A stretch of DNA of 64,000 bases from Nitrospirota bacterium (GCA_049325335.1 JBMOMC010000001.1:404093-468092); one strand, 5' to 3'; positions 20,007 to 31,817 are shown, numbered from the stretch's first letter. Numbers and translations: made by a program. The notes: generated by a model not told the origin, from the letters alone.

Positions 20007-20363
20007 TCAACGTCCTTCGCGCGTCCACACGCCGAAGGTCGCGCCCGTGGGATCCCTGATGACGCTATACCAACCGTATCCCGGGATTTCACACGGCCCC
20101 TTGAGAACCCGCCCGCCAAGGGCTGCGACCCGATCCGTGGTCGCGCGCGCGTCGTCGACCGCAATGAACGGAATCCACTGCGACGGGGCGTCCGGAGACT
20201 TGGCCCGCATCAGCCCTCCGCCGGTGCCGTCGCCCACGTTGATCATCGCGTAGTCCAGACCTGGTACGTCCTCGAATCGCCAGTGAAACAATGCGGCGTA
20301 AAATGTTTTCGCCTGCGACGGGTCTTGAGTTTGAAGCTCGATGTGAATAAATGGATTGGGCAC
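20007..20363 (-). CDS. VOC/glyoxalase family protein
   Basis: FIHIELQTQDP..AKTFY..LFHW, GTGGG, IRDPTGATFGVW. Confidence 0.92.
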   Translation of the reverse strand: MPNPFIHIELQTQDPSQAKTFYAALFHWRFEDVPGLDYAMINVGDGTGGGLMRAKSPDAPSQWIPFIAVDDARATTDRVAALGGRVLKGPCEIPGYGWYSVIRDPTGATFGVWTREGR

Positions 20364-20386
20364 GGGTCTCCGATCAACCTCCGCCT

Positions 20387-20845
20387 CTAGCGGACATGGA
20401 CGATCAGTTCCAACTCGATCGCCGCGCCCAGCGGCAACTCGTACGCGCCCAAGGCCAGCCGGGCGTGACGGCCCGCGTCGCCGAAGATGGCGACCAACAG
20501 GTCCGACGCGCCGTTGACCACGGCCGGCTGTTGCGTGAAGCCCTCGGCCGAGGCCACGTGGCCGCTCAGACGCACGATCCGCGCGACCGCGTCGAGGCTG
20601 CCGAGTTCAGCCTTCACCACCGCCAGGGCGTTCAAACATGCCAGGCGCGCGGCTTCCGCGCCTTGCTCCACGGTCAACTCTCGGCCAATCTTGCCGGTCC
20701 ACGCGGGCTTGCCGTCTTTCATGGGCAGGATTCCGCTCAGAAATAAGACATCCCCGCTACGCACCGCCGGAACATAAGATGCGACGGGCTTGGGAGGCGG
20801 GGGCAGCGCCAGGCCGAGCGCGGTCAACCGTTGTTCCGGTGACAT
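20387..20845 (-). CDS. RidA/YjgF family protein
   Basis: PVASYVP, LSG, VVNGASDLL..FGDAGRHARLALG..LPLGAAIELE; GGAGG RBS and TGATG coupling with the upstream gene. Confidence 0.93.
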   Translation of the reverse strand: MSPEQRLTALGLALPPPPKPVASYVPAVRSGDVLFLSGILPMKDGKPAWTGKIGRELTVEQGAEAARLACLNALAVVKAELGSLDAVARIVRLSGHVASAEGFTQQPAVVNGASDLLVAIFGDAGRHARLALGAYELPLGAAIELELIVHVR

Positions 20846-21846
20846 CACCATCCCTCCTTGGTTCGCATCGTGTCCAAAAAATCCATGGCGCGGCGGTCCA
20901 CCCAATACGACGGCGCCCACGGCCACGGTCCGTGCACGAACCCGACATGGCCGCCGCGCTCGCTAAAGTCCGCCTGCAACCACGACGAGCGCGTCACGGC
21001 TTCGCGCGGCAGGTGCGGTGCCGGCAAAAACGGATCGTCGTGCGCGCTGATCAGTAACACGGGTCGGCGGATGTGTGCAAGCCACGGCACGCAGCTCGAC
21101 CGCGTCCAATAATCTCGCGCGCCCGTGAATCCGTGGATCGGCGCGGTCACGTGTTCGTCGAACGCCGCGAAACTCGACAAGCGCCGCACACGTTCCACGT
21201 CGATCAACCCGGGAAACCGCTCCGCCTTCGCCAAAGCCTTGGCCTTCAACGTCCGTAAAAACACGCGTCCATACACCCGGCCGAAGCCGTGATCCACCCG
21301 GTGCGCGGCCACGCCTAAATCGTACGGCACCGACACCGCCGCCGCGGCCCAGACCTGCTCCGGTGTCGTGTCACCGCGCTCGCCCAACCACTTGAGCAAG
21401 ACATTCCCCCCGAGTGAAAACCCGACAAGGGCGAGGGGACGATGGGGTGAACGGGCGATCAGCGAGGCAACGATCCGATCCACATCGTTCGTCTCTCCGG
21501 AGTGATAGAACCGCGGCAGCCGGTTGAGTTCCCCGCTGCACGAGCGAAAGTTCACGGCCACGCCGTCCCAACCGCGCGCCGACGCCTCGACGAGCAGACC
21601 CAACACGTATTTGGCCCGTGACGACCCTTCCAGGCCGTGCAGCACGATGACGAGCGGCGTTGTTGGGCGTGGCGGCGGATCGAGCCAATCCAGATCGAGA
21701 AAGTCCCCATCCGACGTCTCGAGCCGCTCGCGTCGGTACGTCATCGACGGCGTGCGGCCCATGAACCGACGCCAGATAGTTTGGGCGTGGCGGTTGCGCA
21801 GCCACCACGCGGGCTGAAAGTCTTCCCTGTTCGGTTGACGTACCAA
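20845..21846 (-). CDS. YheT-like alpha/beta hydrolase (start approximate)
   Basis: NRHAQTI, DGDFLDLDW, HGLEGSS, GFSLGGN nucleophile elbow, DDPF, GGHVGF. Confidence 0.92.
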   Translation of the reverse strand: MVRQPNREDFQPAWWLRNRHAQTIWRRFMGRTPSMTYRRERLETSDGDFLDLDWLDPPPRPTTPLVIVLHGLEGSSRAKYVLGLLVEASARGWDGVAVNFRSCSGELNRLPRFYHSGETNDVDRIVASLIARSPHRPLALVGFSLGGNVLLKWLGERGDTTPEQVWAAAAVSVPYDLGVAAHRVDHGFGRVYGRVFLRTLKAKALAKAERFPGLIDVERVRRLSSFAAFDEHVTAPIHGFTGARDYWTRSSCVPWLAHIRRPVLLISAHDDPFLPAPHLPREAVTRSSWLQADFSERGGHVGFVHGPWPWAPSYWVDRRAMDFLDTMRTKEGW

Positions 21847-21854
21847 GACCCTCG

Positions 21855-22652
21855 TTACGCGCGAGACCGGCGAGGACGCACCTCGTAATCGGCGGTCCAC
21901 AACCGATACGAGACAATGGCGCCCACGCCGACCACGATCATCGCGGCGCTCACCACGTAGGGCGCGCGGATGCCGCCCAACATCAGGTCCTCGGCTCGGA
22001 AACTGCTGACGAATGCCCGAATCGCTCCGTACAAGATCAGATACACGAAGATCAGAAACCCATCCCGAGTGGGACGACGACGTAGCGACCACATGATCGC
22101 AAAGCCGATCACGTTCAATACCAATTCGTACAGCATCGCAGGATGGACCGCCATACCCGGAAATTCCTGCCCCGCCGGGCTGGTCGGCGGAAACACGATG
22201 CCCCACGGCAACGTGGTCGGGAAGCCGTGCACCTCCCCGTTCATGAAGTTCCCGAAACGGCCGAAGGCTTGGCCCAGCAGGATCGATGGCGCGCTCGCGT
22301 CTGCCAGTTGCCAGAACGGGATGCGGTGTTTGCGCACCCACCACCACCCGCCCAACGTGCCGCCGATCAGGCCGCCGTGGATCGCCAACCCGCCGTGCCA
22401 GATCGCTGGGATCTCCGCGGGGTTCGCGCCGTAGTACGGCCAATTGAACGCCACATAGTAGAGGCGACCGCCCAGGATGCCGGAAAAGAGCACGAGCGTG
22501 AGGAACGACCACTTGTCGTCGTCCGAAATCCGCAGGCCCTTGCGCGCGATCTCTTTGCCCAACAACCAGCCCCCCACCAGAAACGCGGTGAGGTACATCA
22601 ATCCGTACCAGCGAATGACGATCGGACCGATTTCGATCAAATTGGGATGCAC
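21855..22652 (-). CDS. lgt: Prolipoprotein diacylglyceryl transferase
   Basis: IRWYGLMY, GGRLYYV, WHGGLAIHGG, GRFGNFMNGE, HPAMLYE. Confidence 0.97.
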   Translation of the reverse strand: MHPNLIEIGPIVIRWYGLMYLTAFLVGGWLLGKEIARKGLRISDDDKWSFLTLVLFSGILGGRLYYVAFNWPYYGANPAEIPAIWHGGLAIHGGLIGGTLGGWWWVRKHRIPFWQLADASAPSILLGQAFGRFGNFMNGEVHGFPTTLPWGIVFPPTSPAGQEFPGMAVHPAMLYELVLNVIGFAIMWSLRRRPTRDGFLIFVYLILYGAIRAFVSSFRAEDLMLGGIRAPYVVSAAMIVVGVGAIVSYRLWTADYEVRPRRSRA

Positions 22653-22665
22653 TCAGACCTCCTTG

Positions 22666-22710
22666 GAGCCTGTCCATGCAAGGCCATCTGCGCCGGCCTG
22701 CGTGCTCACG
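22666..22710 (-). repeat. Right-half remnant of the structured repeat (copy D)
   Basis: Minus strand CGTGAGCA...CGCAGATGGCCTTGCATGGACAGGCTC matches the right arm of copies A and C. Confidence 0.65.
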
Positions 22711-22716
22711 GTTTTC

Positions 22717-22746
22717 GTAGGGGCGTATGGGGCCATACGCCCCTAC
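22717..22746. repeat. GTAG-type REP palindrome
   Basis: GTAGGGGCGTATGG-gg-CCATACGCCCCTAC, perfect 14-bp arms; related copies at 49729 and 58879. Confidence 0.8.
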
Positions 22747-22774
22747 AGGCGCGGCGTCGCCGCGGATACGTCGG

Positions 22775-23788
22775 TCACGCGCCCTGCGACGCGGCGCGGC
22801 GCCCTCGGCGTTGAAATTCATTTACGGCGCGGTTGTGTTCGCGCAGCGTGCGCGAGAACTGATGGGTGCCGTCGTTGCGCGCCACAAAAAACAGATAATC
22901 CACCCCCGCGGGATACAATGCGGCTTCCAACGCGTCGCGGCCCGGGTTCGCGATGGGGCCCGGCGGCAACCCGCGGCGACGATAGGTGTTATAGGGCGTG
23001 TCGCGGATTAAATCGACTTTGCGCAAATTCCCGTCAAAGTTTTTGATCGGATAGATCACGGTGGGATCGCTTTGCAGCGGCATCCGCATGCGGAGCCGGT
23101 TGTGAAACACCGCGGAGATCGTCGGACGTTCGTGGCCCGCGCCGGTTTCTTTCTCGATGATGGATGCGAGCGTGACCACTTGGTGCTGCGTCAGCCCCAT
23201 GTCCGCGGCCCGCGACGCCCACTCGGCCTGATACACCTCCCGGAACCGCTCCACCATCCGACGGAGAATGTCGGCGCTCGCGATGCGACGCGGCAACGCG
23301 TACGTGTCCGGGAACAAATAGCCCTCCAGCGTGGGCGCCTCGACCCCGAGTTCGCGCGCGAACTCGGGAGATTCGGCCAACCCCAATAACGCGTCGGGAT
23401 CTCCGATCCCGGCCGCGCCGAACGCGTCCGCGATCTGACGGACCGTGTACCCTTCCGGGATGGTGACCGGGTGCAGCACCACGGTCCCGCGCCAGAAGTG
23501 ATCGAGAATTTCCAGCGGCCGCATGGACGGCTGCAGCGCGTATTCGCCGGCTTGGAGCCGCCGGTCCCGTCCGGTCACGCGCCCAAGCAGTACAAACTCG
23601 AATCGGTTGTGAATCACGCCGTCGCGCGCAAGCCGCGCCGCCACCGATGCCAGGGATTCGCGCTCCGCGATCTCGAACCGGATGGGGTCGCCCCCACTAG
23701 CGATGGGCACCAGCAAAAACGCGGCCACGTGCGTGCCCACCGCCAACACGGCGAGCGTCGCCACGAGGACCAGGGTGTTCGGAGCCAT
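22775..23788 (-). CDS. mltG: Endolytic transglycosylase MltG
   Basis: VTIPEG, LEGYLFPDTY, LASIIEKET, LQSDPT, PYNTY..GLPPGPIANPG. Confidence 0.96.
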   Translation of the reverse strand: MAPNTLVLVATLAVLAVGTHVAAFLLVPIASGGDPIRFEIAERESLASVAARLARDGVIHNRFEFVLLGRVTGRDRRLQAGEYALQPSMRPLEILDHFWRGTVVLHPVTIPEGYTVRQIADAFGAAGIGDPDALLGLAESPEFARELGVEAPTLEGYLFPDTYALPRRIASADILRRMVERFREVYQAEWASRAADMGLTQHQVVTLASIIEKETGAGHERPTISAVFHNRLRMRMPLQSDPTVIYPIKNFDGNLRKVDLIRDTPYNTYRRRGLPPGPIANPGRDALEAALYPAGVDYLFFVARNDGTHQFSRTLREHNRAVNEFQRRGRRAASQGA

Positions 23789-23839
23789 GGAACGTCTTAC
23801 CCGACGCACGGTCGCCTCCGCGCACCGACTCCCCACGCG

Positions 23840-24274
23840 TCAGCCGCCGGATGTCGAAGTCCGATTCGTTTGCGCATCGAGGAAATCTTGCAGGATCACC
23901 ACCGCGGCGGCCTTGTCGATGACCTGCTTTCGCTTGGCGCGCGACACATCCGCGTCAATGAGGACGCGCTCCGCGGTCGCGGTGGTGAAGCGCTCGTCCC
24001 AGGTGGTGATGGGCACCCGTACCACGCCTTGCAATCGCGTCATGAAGTCTTGGACGATCCGGGCACGCGGACCCACCGTGCCGGCGAGCGTCAACGGCCA
24101 TCCCACCACGATCGCGCCCGCGTCCCAGTGCTCGGCCAGCCGCGCGATCTCGGCCAGGTCCGAGGCCCACGATCGCCGGTGAATCGTGCTCACCCCTTGC
24201 GCCGTGATGCCTAATTCATCGCTCACCGCCACGCCGATCCGCCGATCGCCAACGTCCAACGCCAAGAATCGCAT
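23840..24274 (-). CDS. ruvX: RuvX/YqgF nuclease
   Basis: MRFLALDVGDRRIGVAVSD, WDERFTT, IDKAAAVVILQ. Confidence 0.96.
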   Translation of the reverse strand: MRFLALDVGDRRIGVAVSDELGITAQGVSTIHRRSWASDLAEIARLAEHWDAGAIVVGWPLTLAGTVGPRARIVQDFMTRLQGVVRVPITTWDERFTTATAERVLIDADVSRAKRKQVIDKAAAVVILQDFLDAQTNRTSTSGG

Positions 24275-24283
24275 CAAGTCTCT

Positions 24284-24404
24284 CAGGCTGCTGAAAAAGT
24301 CCATCTGCGGCGTTTTCGGTCGTCGGAAATCCTCACGACCGACCCAGTACGCTCCGGTTTCCTCCTCCCTGCGGCCTTGCATCCGGAACTTTTTGAGCAG
24401 CCTG
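24284..24404 (-). repeat. Structured intergenic repeat / MITE-like element, copy B
   Basis: Minus strand CAGGCTGCTCAAAAAG...GCAAGGCCG..CCGGAGCGTACTGGGTCGGTCGTGAGGA..GAAAACGCCGCAGATGG..CTTTTTCAGCAGCCTG. Confidence 0.85.
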
Positions 24405-24435
24405 CTGGCACGCCAGTTTTTCAGTGTCCTTTCGA

Positions 24436-27087
24436 CTAACGCGCCCCGGCCATCGCTTCAACCAACCCGTATACGCGTTCCAGCGCCTCGTCGAGCCGCT
24501 CGGGGTTACGTCCGCCGGCCTGTCCCATAGTCGCGTTTCCGCCGCCGGTTCCGCCGACCAGATCCGCCACGGCCCGCACCAGGTTGCCCGCGTGGAACCG
24601 TCCGGCTAAATCCGGCGTGACCGCGGCCACGATGTTCACCTTATCGCCCGCCACCGCGCCCAATACCACCACGCCGGACTTGATTTGCTCGCGCACGCGG
24701 TCGGCCGCGGCGCGCAGGTCCTTGGCATCCATACCGTCGATCCGGCGCGACGCCACGGTCACCCCGGCCACGGTTCGGCCCCGATCCGATGACGACTCGC
24801 TGCGCCCGCCGCCAGCCAGCCGCGTTTTGAGTTGTTCGATCTCGCGTTCGCGCGCCCGCAAGGACTCCACCAGCTTGCGCGCCTTGGACACGGCTTCGTG
24901 AGGCGGCGCCTTGAACAACCCCGCGATCTCGGCCAGATCCTGCGCGTCTTTCTTGGACGCCAGGTAGGCCGGTTCACCGGCCACGGCTTCGATCCGCCGC
25001 ACCCCGGCCGCCACGCCCGCTTCGCGCACGATCTTCAACAAGCCGAGTTCACCCGTGTCCCGGGTGTGGGTGCCGCCGCACAGTTCTTTGCTGAACGACC
25101 CGATCGACACCACGCGCACCTGATCCCCGTACTTTTCGCCGAAAAACGCCAACGCCCCGCTCGCCAACGCGTCGCGCTGCGACATCACCGTCTTCTCAAC
25201 GTGGTGGTCTTCCTGGATGCGCCGATTGACCTCCTGCTCGACCCGCTCCAACTCGCGCGGGGACAGCGGCGCGAAGTGGTGAAAATCGAATCGCAAGCGA
25301 TCAGGCGCCACCAGCGAACCGGCTTGCTTGACGTGATCGCCCAACGTCTCGCGCAGAATCGCGTGTAACAGGTGAGTACCGGTGTGATGGTTCGAACAGG
25401 CTTGCCGCGACGCGCGGTTCACGCTCACCCGATACCGGTCCCCCTCGACCACGCGCCCGCGGCGAATCGCGACCGCGTGCACGTACAGGCCTTTGACCGG
25501 AATGACCGTATCCCGAATCTCCGCGTCCGCGTTCGGACCGACCAGTTCACCCCGGTCGCCGAGCTGGCCGCCGCCCTCGCCGTAACAGGGCGTGTGATCG
25601 AACACCAATTCAACCTGTTCGCCTTCGCGCGCCTCGCGCACCCGCGCGCCGTCTTTGAGAATCGCCAGCACGCGCACGTCCGCGTCTAATCCATCTTCGC
25701 TGAGAAATTCGGTCGGGCCGGTCCGGGCCGCCGTCTCCTTATAAATGGTCTGCACCTGCTCGGCTTCGAACCCGCCCGCGGCTCGAGCGCGCTCGCGTTG
25801 CTCGTCCATCGCGGCGGCAAATCCCGCCTCGTCCAGGGACAGGCCGTGCTCCTTGGCCACGTCCGCGATCAGGTCCATGGGAAACCCATACGTGTCGTAC
25901 AATTTAAATAGGTCGGTCCCGGTCAGCCTCGGAGTCTTGGAGCGTTTGGCTTCATCCACGAGCCCCGAGAGGATCGTCATGCCGTGGCTGAGGGTCTGGG
26001 CAAACCGTTCTTCTTCCGCGAGCAATGTGCGCGCGACCGCCTGGCGGTTGCGCGCCAATTCGGGATACGCGTCCTGCATCTGCGCCGCCACGGTGGCCGA
26101 GAGGTCGTGCAGGAACGGGCCGTCGAGCCCCAACAGCTTGCCGTGGCGCGCCGCGCGCCGGAGCACGCGCCGCACCACGTAACCACGGCCCTCGTTGGAG
26201 GGCAACACGCCGTCGGACAATAAGAACGTGAGCGCCCGGAGGTGATCCGCGATCACCCGCATGGATACGTCGGACGAGACGTCGCGTCCGTACGTTGTCC
26301 CGCAGGCCCGTCCGATTGCGTCCAACACCGGCCGGAACAGGTCGCTATCGTAGTTGCTGAACACGCCCTGGGTCACCGCGGCCACGCGCTCCAACCCCAT
26401 CCCGGTGTCGATGCTTGGACGCGGCAGCGGCGAGAGCGTGCCGGAGGCGTCGCGGTTGTACTGCATGAACACCAGGTTCCAAATCTCCAGGTACCGGTCG
26501 CAGTCGCAGCCCACCCCGCACGTGGGTTTGCCGCACCCGACGTGCGCGCCCTGGTCCACGTAGATCTCGGAGCACGGCCCGCACGGACCCGTGTCGCCCA
26601 TTTGCCAGAAGTTATCCTTCTCCCCCAAACGCACGATGCGTTCAGGCCGCACGCCCACCGCCTCGCGCCAGAGCCGCGCGGCTTCGTCGTCCTCGCGGAA
26701 CACGGTGACCCACAGGCGATCCGGCGGCAATTTGAGCACGTCGGTGACGAACCCCCACGCCATCCGAATCGCGCCGTCCTTGAAATAGTCCCCGAAGGAA
26801 AAATTGCCCAGCATTTCGAAAAACGTGTGATGCCGCCCGGTATACCCCACGTGTTCCAGGTCATTGTGTTTGCCGCCGGCGCGCACGCATTTTTGCACCG
26901 ACACCGCGCGGACGTAGGGTCGCGGGTCCTCGCCGAGAAAGGTCTGCTTAAACTGCACCATGCCGGCGTTGGTAAACAACAAGGTGGGGTCCTGCGCCGG
27001 GATCAGCGACGAACTGGGGACCGGGGTGTGGTCGTGGCGGGCCGTGAAAAACTCGCAGAACGCGCGGCGGATGTCGGCTGCGTTCAC
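24436..27087 (-). CDS. alaS: Alanine--tRNA ligase
   Basis: DPTLLFTNAGM, HHTFFEMLGNFSFGDYFK, HTGTH, ELCGGTH. Confidence 0.99.
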   Translation of the reverse strand: MNAADIRRAFCEFFTARHDHTPVPSSSLIPAQDPTLLFTNAGMVQFKQTFLGEDPRPYVRAVSVQKCVRAGGKHNDLEHVGYTGRHHTFFEMLGNFSFGDYFKDGAIRMAWGFVTDVLKLPPDRLWVTVFREDDEAARLWREAVGVRPERIVRLGEKDNFWQMGDTGPCGPCSEIYVDQGAHVGCGKPTCGVGCDCDRYLEIWNLVFMQYNRDASGTLSPLPRPSIDTGMGLERVAAVTQGVFSNYDSDLFRPVLDAIGRACGTTYGRDVSSDVSMRVIADHLRALTFLLSDGVLPSNEGRGYVVRRVLRRAARHGKLLGLDGPFLHDLSATVAAQMQDAYPELARNRQAVARTLLAEEERFAQTLSHGMTILSGLVDEAKRSKTPRLTGTDLFKLYDTYGFPMDLIADVAKEHGLSLDEAGFAAAMDEQRERARAAGGFEAEQVQTIYKETAARTGPTEFLSEDGLDADVRVLAILKDGARVREAREGEQVELVFDHTPCYGEGGGQLGDRGELVGPNADAEIRDTVIPVKGLYVHAVAIRRGRVVEGDRYRVSVNRASRQACSNHHTGTHLLHAILRETLGDHVKQAGSLVAPDRLRFDFHHFAPLSPRELERVEQEVNRRIQEDHHVEKTVMSQRDALASGALAFFGEKYGDQVRVVSIGSFSKELCGGTHTRDTGELGLLKIVREAGVAAGVRRIEAVAGEPAYLASKKDAQDLAEIAGLFKAPPHEAVSKARKLVESLRAREREIEQLKTRLAGGGRSESSSDRGRTVAGVTVASRRIDGMDAKDLRAAADRVREQIKSGVVVLGAVAGDKVNIVAAVTPDLAGRFHAGNLVRAVADLVGGTGGGNATMGQAGGRNPERLDEALERVYGLVEAMAGAR

Positions 27088-28243
27088 GTCCCGAACCGCT
27101 CGATTTTAAACCCCGGGTCCGGGGCGGGCGTCGGAGCCGGCTTCTGGGCTTCCCACGTCAGGTCTCCGGTGGACTGCACGCCCTTCATCTTCAGGGCGAA
27201 ATCGTCGGGGTTGGACGACCACCGCAGGGCCTCTTCGTACGCGATGAGTTTGTCGCGGCACAACTGGGCCAAGGATTGGTCGAAGGTCTGCATCCCGTAT
27301 TGGGACGTGCCCGCCCCGATCACGTCGTGAATGCGCCGCGTCTTATCCGCGTCGATCACGCACTCGCGGATGGTTTGGGTCGCGACCATGACCTCGACCG
27401 CGGGCACACGGCCCTGGCCGTCGATCTTCGGCACCAGCCGCTGCGAAATGACCCCCTTGATCACCCCGGCGAGTTGTAATCGCACCTGCTTTTGCTGGTA
27501 GGGCGGGAACACCGAAATGATGCGGTTCACGGTTTCGGTCGCGTCCACCGTGTGCAGCGTGCTCATCACCAAGTGCCCGGTCTCGGCCGCGACCAGCGCG
27601 GTGGAGATGGTTTCAAAGTCGCGCATCTCGCCGACCAGGATCACGTCCGGGTCCTGCCGCAACGCGGACCGCAGCGCGGTGCCGAAGGACTCGGTATCCG
27701 CGCCGATCTCCCGTTGACTGACCAGACACTTGCGGTCGCGATGCAAAAACTCGATCGGATCTTCGATGGTGATGATGTTTTCGGTGCGGGTGCGATTGAT
27801 GTAGTCGATGATCGCAGCCAAGGTGGTGGACTTGCCGCTCCCGGTGGTCCCGGTCACCAGGATCAGCCCCCGCGTCTCGGACGACAACTTCTCGATCACC
27901 GCCGGAAGGTGCAGGTCTTGGAACGTGAGAATCTTGGTGGGCACCGACCGGAACACCATGTTGACGGTGCCGCGCTGCTGATAACAGTTCACGCGGAATC
28001 GACCGAGGCCCGGCGCGCTGTACGCCAAGTCGAGTTCGGATTTCTCCTTGAACCGCTGTTTTTGCGAATTGTTCATGATCGAGAACGCCACGGCCACCGC
28101 GTCTTCCTGGGTGAGCCGGACCGTGGGGTCCAGCGGCTCCAAATGTCCGTCCACGCGCACCGTGGGCGGACACCCCACCTTCAGATGCAAGTCCGACCCG
28201 CGTTTGGCTACCGCGGCCTTGAGCAGTTCATCGATGTTGAGAC

Positions 28244-28247
<4 letters not shown>
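27084..28247 (-). CDS. pilT: Type IV pilus retraction ATPase (PilT/PilU family)
   Basis: [58 protein letters not shown]. Confidence 0.92.
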
Positions 28248-29302
<1,055 letters not shown>

Positions 29303-29327
29303 CCTCGATTCCTCCCGTCGGTGTCTC

Positions 29328-29957
29328 TCAAGTCGCCGAAGTCCCCATGAGCGGCAGCGCCGCCATCACCGTGTAGATCGACCCCTGCGGGGTCAGCCGA
29401 CTCGCCATCAACCGGATCTCGGTCACGGTCCACTCCCCCGCGGTCCCGCGCAACCCCGGGGGCACGGGTGTTGTGAGCAGCGCCTCGACGCGGTCGCGCG
29501 GCGGCGGGGTGCGCCACCGCCCCAACGTCACATGCGGGTGAAACGCCCGCTCCTCGGACGCAAACCCCTCGTGGATCAGCGCCTCGGCCACGCGCGCGTG
29601 CACCCGCCGCAATCCCTCGCCACGGTCCTTGATGTCCAGCCACAAGACCGCGGCGCGCCCCGGATGCGGAAACACGCCGATCGAGTCCGCGGCCACCCGA
29701 CAGGGCGCGCACGCCCTTGCCGCCTCGCGTAAGCGTTCGGCCAACGCGGGCACGCGCTCGCGGGGAACCGGTCCCAAAAACGCCACCGTCACGTGCGCGC
29801 CGTCCGGCTGCACCCACCGGATGCCGGACGCGACGGAGGTCCATTGATCCCGCAGCGCCGCCAAGCCAACGGCCCACGCATCCGGGACGTGCGCCGCCAC
29901 GAAACTGCGCACCGCGTCCCGATCATCGGCAGGCCGCAGGCCGGGCCGTGTGTTCAC
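29328..29957 (-). CDS. thpR: RNA 2',3'-cyclic phosphodiesterase (2H family)
   Basis: Two HxT motifs ([17 protein letters not shown]); GTGA overlap with cinA. Confidence 0.9.
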   Translation of the reverse strand: MNTRPGLRPADDRDAVRSFVAAHVPDAWAVGLAALRDQWTSVASGIRWVQPDGAHVTVAFLGPVPRERVPALAERLREAARACAPCRVAADSIGVFPHPGRAAVLWLDIKDRGEGLRRVHARVAEALIHEGFASEERAFHPHVTLGRWRTPPPRDRVEALLTTPVPPGLRGTAGEWTVTEIRLMASRLTPQGSIYTVMAALPLMGTSAT

Positions 29958-31183
29958 GCGTTCGCGAGCAACCGCCGCACCGCGTTGAGTCCGAACTGCG
30001 AGAACGCGAGCTTGGTGTCCGCGCGGGTGCCGGAAAACCGCCAGCGCGTCGTCTCCGTACCCCGCGCCGTGGCGAGCCCGACCACCAGCGTGCCCACCGG
30101 TTTCTCCGGAGAACCCCCCTCCGGACCCGCGATGCCGGTCAATGCCAGCGCCACATCGCTGCCCGCGGCGCGGCGCGCGCCCTCGGCCATCATCGCGGCC
30201 ACCGGCTCGCTCACCGCGCCGTGCGCCGCCAGTTGCGCGCGGTCCACACCCAACCATTGCGTCTTAGTTTCGTTTGCGTACGTGACCCAGCCGCCCATAA
30301 AGTACCGCGAGCTCCCCGACACGTCGGTGAGCCGATGCCCGACCAACCCGCCGGTGCAGGATTCCGCCACGGCCAAGGTCCATCCCTTGGCGCGCAGGAG
30401 GTCGCCGACGACCGATTCCATAGCGACCCCGTCGTGCCCGTACACCGCGTCCCCCAACCGGCGCGTGATCTCCGCGACCACGCGGTCCAATTCCTCGACG
30501 CCGCGATCGGTCGTTCGGGCGCGCAGCCGAACCTCCACGCCTTTGGGCGACGCCAAAATTCCGGTCTCACACGCGGCCTCGCGAAAGAGGTCCGACAACC
30601 GTCGATCCACCTCCAACTCGCCAAGCCCGAAGAGGTGGACGGTGCGCCGCGGGATCGGATCACCCGCGCCGAGTTCCGCGAGCCACGGCGCCACGGACGC
30701 GTCGAACATCGCCCGCATCTCCGCCGGGACCCCGGGCAACGCCACGACGTGCGCGCCTCCCTCGCTGAGGCGAATCCCGGGCGCGATGCCCACGGGGTTC
30801 GGCAGCGCCTCGGCGCCCACCGGCAATAGGGCTTGTCGTTCGCTCGCGGGCGGCGCCTCGCGCCCCCGGCGTCGGTACGCCTCGCGGATGTCGGCCAACA
30901 CGTCGTCCCGCAATACCAAACGCCGCTTGGCCACCCGCGCGATCGTCCGCGTGGTGATGTCGTCGTGCGTGATGCCGAGCCCTCCGGTCAGGATCACGAG
31001 CGGCGCGCGCGCCATCGCGTCCGACACGGCGCGCGCGAGCGATTCCTCATCGTCGCCGACCACGGTCTTGGCCGCGACCTCGACCCCGCGCGCCCCCAAC
31101 GCGTCCGAGAGCGTCACCGTGTTGGTCTCGACCCGATCACCCCACAACAATTCGGTGCCGACCGCGATGAGCGCCGCCTTCAC
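29954..31183 (-). CDS. cinA: Competence/damage-inducible protein CinA (MoCF domain plus PncC)
   Basis: VGTELL, TGGLG.T.DDIT, AESCTGG, GAVSE, TGIAGP.GG...KPVG. Confidence 0.95.
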   Translation of the reverse strand: MKAALIAVGTELLWGDRVETNTVTLSDALGARGVEVAAKTVVGDDEESLARAVSDAMARAPLVILTGGLGITHDDITTRTIARVAKRRLVLRDDVLADIREAYRRRGREAPPASERQALLPVGAEALPNPVGIAPGIRLSEGGAHVVALPGVPAEMRAMFDASVAPWLAELGAGDPIPRRTVHLFGLGELEVDRRLSDLFREAACETGILASPKGVEVRLRARTTDRGVEELDRVVAEITRRLGDAVYGHDGVAMESVVGDLLRAKGWTLAVAESCTGGLVGHRLTDVSGSSRYFMGGWVTYANETKTQWLGVDRAQLAAHGAVSEPVAAMMAEGARRAAGSDVALALTGIAGPEGGSPEKPVGTLVVGLATARGTETTRWRFSGTRADTKLAFSQFGLNAVRRLLANA

Positions 31184-31641
31184 GAGACGCCCAGCGCCCA
31201 GCGCCCCAGTCGCACCGCGAGGTTCGCGTACAACCCCGCGACCAGATCATCGAGCATGATGCCCCAGCCCCCGGGTTGCGCTTCGAGGCGGCGAATAGGG
31301 AACGGCTTGGCGATATCGAACACCCGAAAACACACAAACGCGGCCGCCGCCTCGCCGGCCCGAATAGGCAGCGCATAGAGGGCCACGAGCATCCCCACGA
31401 CTTCGTCGATCACCACGATGGAGGGATCTTTCCGGCACGCGGCCAGCTCGGTCCGGCGCGCGGCCGCCACCCCCAGACCGAACAAGACGACGGTCAACGC
31501 CGCAGACCACGGAGACCCGAGCGCGGGCCACGCCCACCAGGCAATCGCGAGACCCGCCAGGCTCCCGGCGGTGCCCGGCGCCCAAGGCACGGTCCCGACC
31601 CCGCCGGCCGTGGCCACCCACCATGCCCATCGCTCCCGCAC
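31180..31641 (-). CDS. pgpA: Phosphatidylglycerophosphatase A
   Basis: APGTAGS, DPSIVVIDEVVG, FRVFDIAKPFP, GIMLDDLVAG. Confidence 0.96.
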   Translation of the reverse strand: MRERWAWWVATAGGVGTVPWAPGTAGSLAGLAIAWWAWPALGSPWSAALTVVLFGLGVAAARRTELAACRKDPSIVVIDEVVGMLVALYALPIRAGEAAAAFVCFRVFDIAKPFPIRRLEAQPGGWGIMLDDLVAGLYANLAVRLGRWALGVS

Positions 31642-31817
31642 CGCCGCAGTCCCCCCGGCCGATCTTGCCGGAAAAAGCGGCCCATTCTAGCACCCGGTCG
31701 GAGGCGAATCAAGGCAAGGCGACGACGAATCGCTGGGGCGAATATACCATAAAGGAATTGCTTTTCCCGCCGCGCGCCGGGGCTCCCGAAAAATTTCCGC
31801 GCCGATGAAATTTTTTC

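Noticed and set aside
21847..22821. Apparent 658-aa hydrolase with a long N-terminal extension
   Set aside because: The extension is an alternative frame over lgt and the repeats; YheT similarity starts only near 21846.
24275..24382. N-terminal extension of RuvX (MQGRREEETGAYWVG...)
   Set aside because: It is a translation of repeat copy B; the family start MRFLALDVG is at 24274.
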